This document shows positions 62,501 through 64,000 of a DNA stretch of 64,000 nt, in pieces; position 1 is the stretch's first letter, and each line of letters starts with the position of its first letter. The stretch spans positions 13,702,001 through 13,766,000 of the forward strand of contig JBHGNT010000008.1 in NCBI GenBank assembly GCA_043228905.1, given 5' to 3'. This DNA is from Azolla caroliniana. Lineage: Eukaryota; Plantae; Polypodiophyta. Made by a program: the position numbers and the translations under genes. A model generated the notes under the pieces. It was not told the DNA's origin. It did not search any database and saw nothing but the letters and a program-made list of their open reading frames with translations.

Positions 62501-64000
62501 CAAGCCAAATGAGCCTTCGTTTCGTAGTAGGCCCACGTGGCCCATCACATGGTCACGTCATTTCTCGTAAGAACGAGCTCATGGTGGCATCGTATCCATG
62601 TAACGAGGGAGGGATGTTGGATACGTGTGTCATTGGAGCGACCTCACTTGAAGTGGGTCAAGCCCTATGTACTCAACATCATTATGGCTATAGGCGTTTT
62701 AGATAATCAATTAAAGACCACTACAACATCATTGACTTAATGAAAAAAAATGACATATAAACTAAACACATGATTAGATGGGAGAAGAGAGAATAGAAAA
62801 AAAATTATGGAAAGAGTTACCAAAGTTCTTTGTTGATCGTTGTCTGGATCAAGGCCGACCGCACATCGATCGATCACCATCAATCAAAAGACAAATGAAA
62901 AACAAAGAAACATTAGTACATAAATCTGATACCAAATATTAGAGATCTAGGTACTAAAGTAAGCTTAAGATAAGGATAAACAAATGATAGATAGAAAGGA
63001 GAAAGAGAAAGAAGGGTGCTGATCCACCCGACCACCCCTGAGAGAAGGGATCAAGACGGACTCGAGCCTCGATCGGCATCCCATACCACCGCCGTGGCGT
63101 CGAGTCATACCTGGTGTTGGCGCGCTCGCTACAAGAGTTGACCCACCACAAGAGCAGAGTCTCGATGTAGTCAAAAGATGATCAAATGAGGGTAGCTAGG
63201 CCTCTTATTTATAGCGACACCCAAGGCCCCCAAGCAAGTTCACACTTGACCTAATGGGTTGTCTCAATCCCGAGGATTAAAAGTAATCCTCCCCTTCTTT
63301 ACACTCTCGCTTAACCCTCACACTTATCCATGTGTATAGAATACTACGGTAAATTCTCACCACGGGATATTAAATGGTCATGCCCGTAACAAGCAGCTAT
63401 GCTCAGAAAAGTTCTGATGGATGTCATCTTTACGAATGGTGCGAAAATCTCGTCGAATTCGACAACCTTTTTCTATTGGAATCCCTTCATCACAATGTGG
63501 GCTTTATATCTAGGTTTGTTGTCAGCTTCTCTAGTCTTCCTGAGTGGTCTCTTACCTTTCGGTAACTCAACCAGGTAGTAGGTGTAATTTTTGTGCAAGG
63601 AGTCCATCTCGATTTGCATTGCACTCTACCATTTCTCCTTGTGCTCATCAATCATGGCCTCATCATAGCACTCAGGTTCACCTTCATCAGTCAAGAGGTT
63701 GTATTGACTGACATTTGTAGTCGATGCTCTTCATTCTCTCAGTAGGTATCTCCTTCCACCCATTATCGGCTCCAGTTCGGATGCCTCTGCCGACTCTTCT
63801 CTTGGCTCAAGTTCATATGTGTTGATCAGTCATTGAGGGTTAGCTTGATCTGACTCGTATTCCTCGATCGACTTTAATAGGTTTTCCAACTCCTACTCAT
63901 CTATATTGGTCGGTTGCTCCGAGTTGACTGACTCGGATTCGGCTGTTCCGACTAGTTGCCTCAGATAGCTGACTGTGTCGGTTCACTTGGCCATAAGTTG
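56595..64000 (-). mobile_element. Degenerate Copia RT region (pieces 56595-56925 and 63392-64000) split by a Gypsy insertion
   Basis: [23 protein letters not shown] and LLTDEGEPECY; continues across TSD AGCAG. An internal deletion joins RT to RNase H near 56715. Confidence 0.82.
56926..63391 (-). mobile_element. Full-length degenerate chromoviral Ty3/Gypsy with 455-bp LTRs and TSD AGCAG
   Basis: LTRs 56926-57380 and 62937-63391. PBS TGGTATCAGA at 62925-62934. PPT AGAGGGGGAGTA at 57381-57392. Gag 60681-61799 (CIFCKKKGHTKDQC), PR LFDSGSS, RT-RH 58980-60638, INT plus chromodomain (IKWMDKSIKDATWE) 57367-58925. Confidence 0.95.

Overview
Land-plant genomic DNA, most likely a fern or another plant with flagellated sperm. 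About 75% is LTR retrotransposon. Positions 1-40 kb are a deeply nested Ty1/Copia and Ty3/Gypsy island. It starts with a ~4.4-kb fold-back (hairpin) of Copia gag-PR-INT sequence, followed by a patchwork of TE fragments and a four-level nest that includes one Copia with an intact 1357-aa ORF and an Athila-like Gypsy with an extra 3' ORF. The 40-53 kb interval is AT-rich. It holds a processed pseudogene of the plant-specific ribosomal protein P3, microsatellites, an intact 8-exon SPAG6/PF16 gene (axonemal central-pair armadillo protein, 518 aa), a hAT-type MITE and a solo LTR. The 53-64 kb interval holds a 3.06-kb non-autonomous derivative of the Athila-like family and a full-length chromovirus nested in another Copia. 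The most interesting observations are the Copia hairpin, the extra-ORF Gypsy family that lacks a PPT, a tRNA-like Pol III cassette inside an LTR, and duplicated splice sites in SPAG6 intron 1 that create candidate poison micro-exons. All boundaries were read by eye; no alignments or database searches were run.
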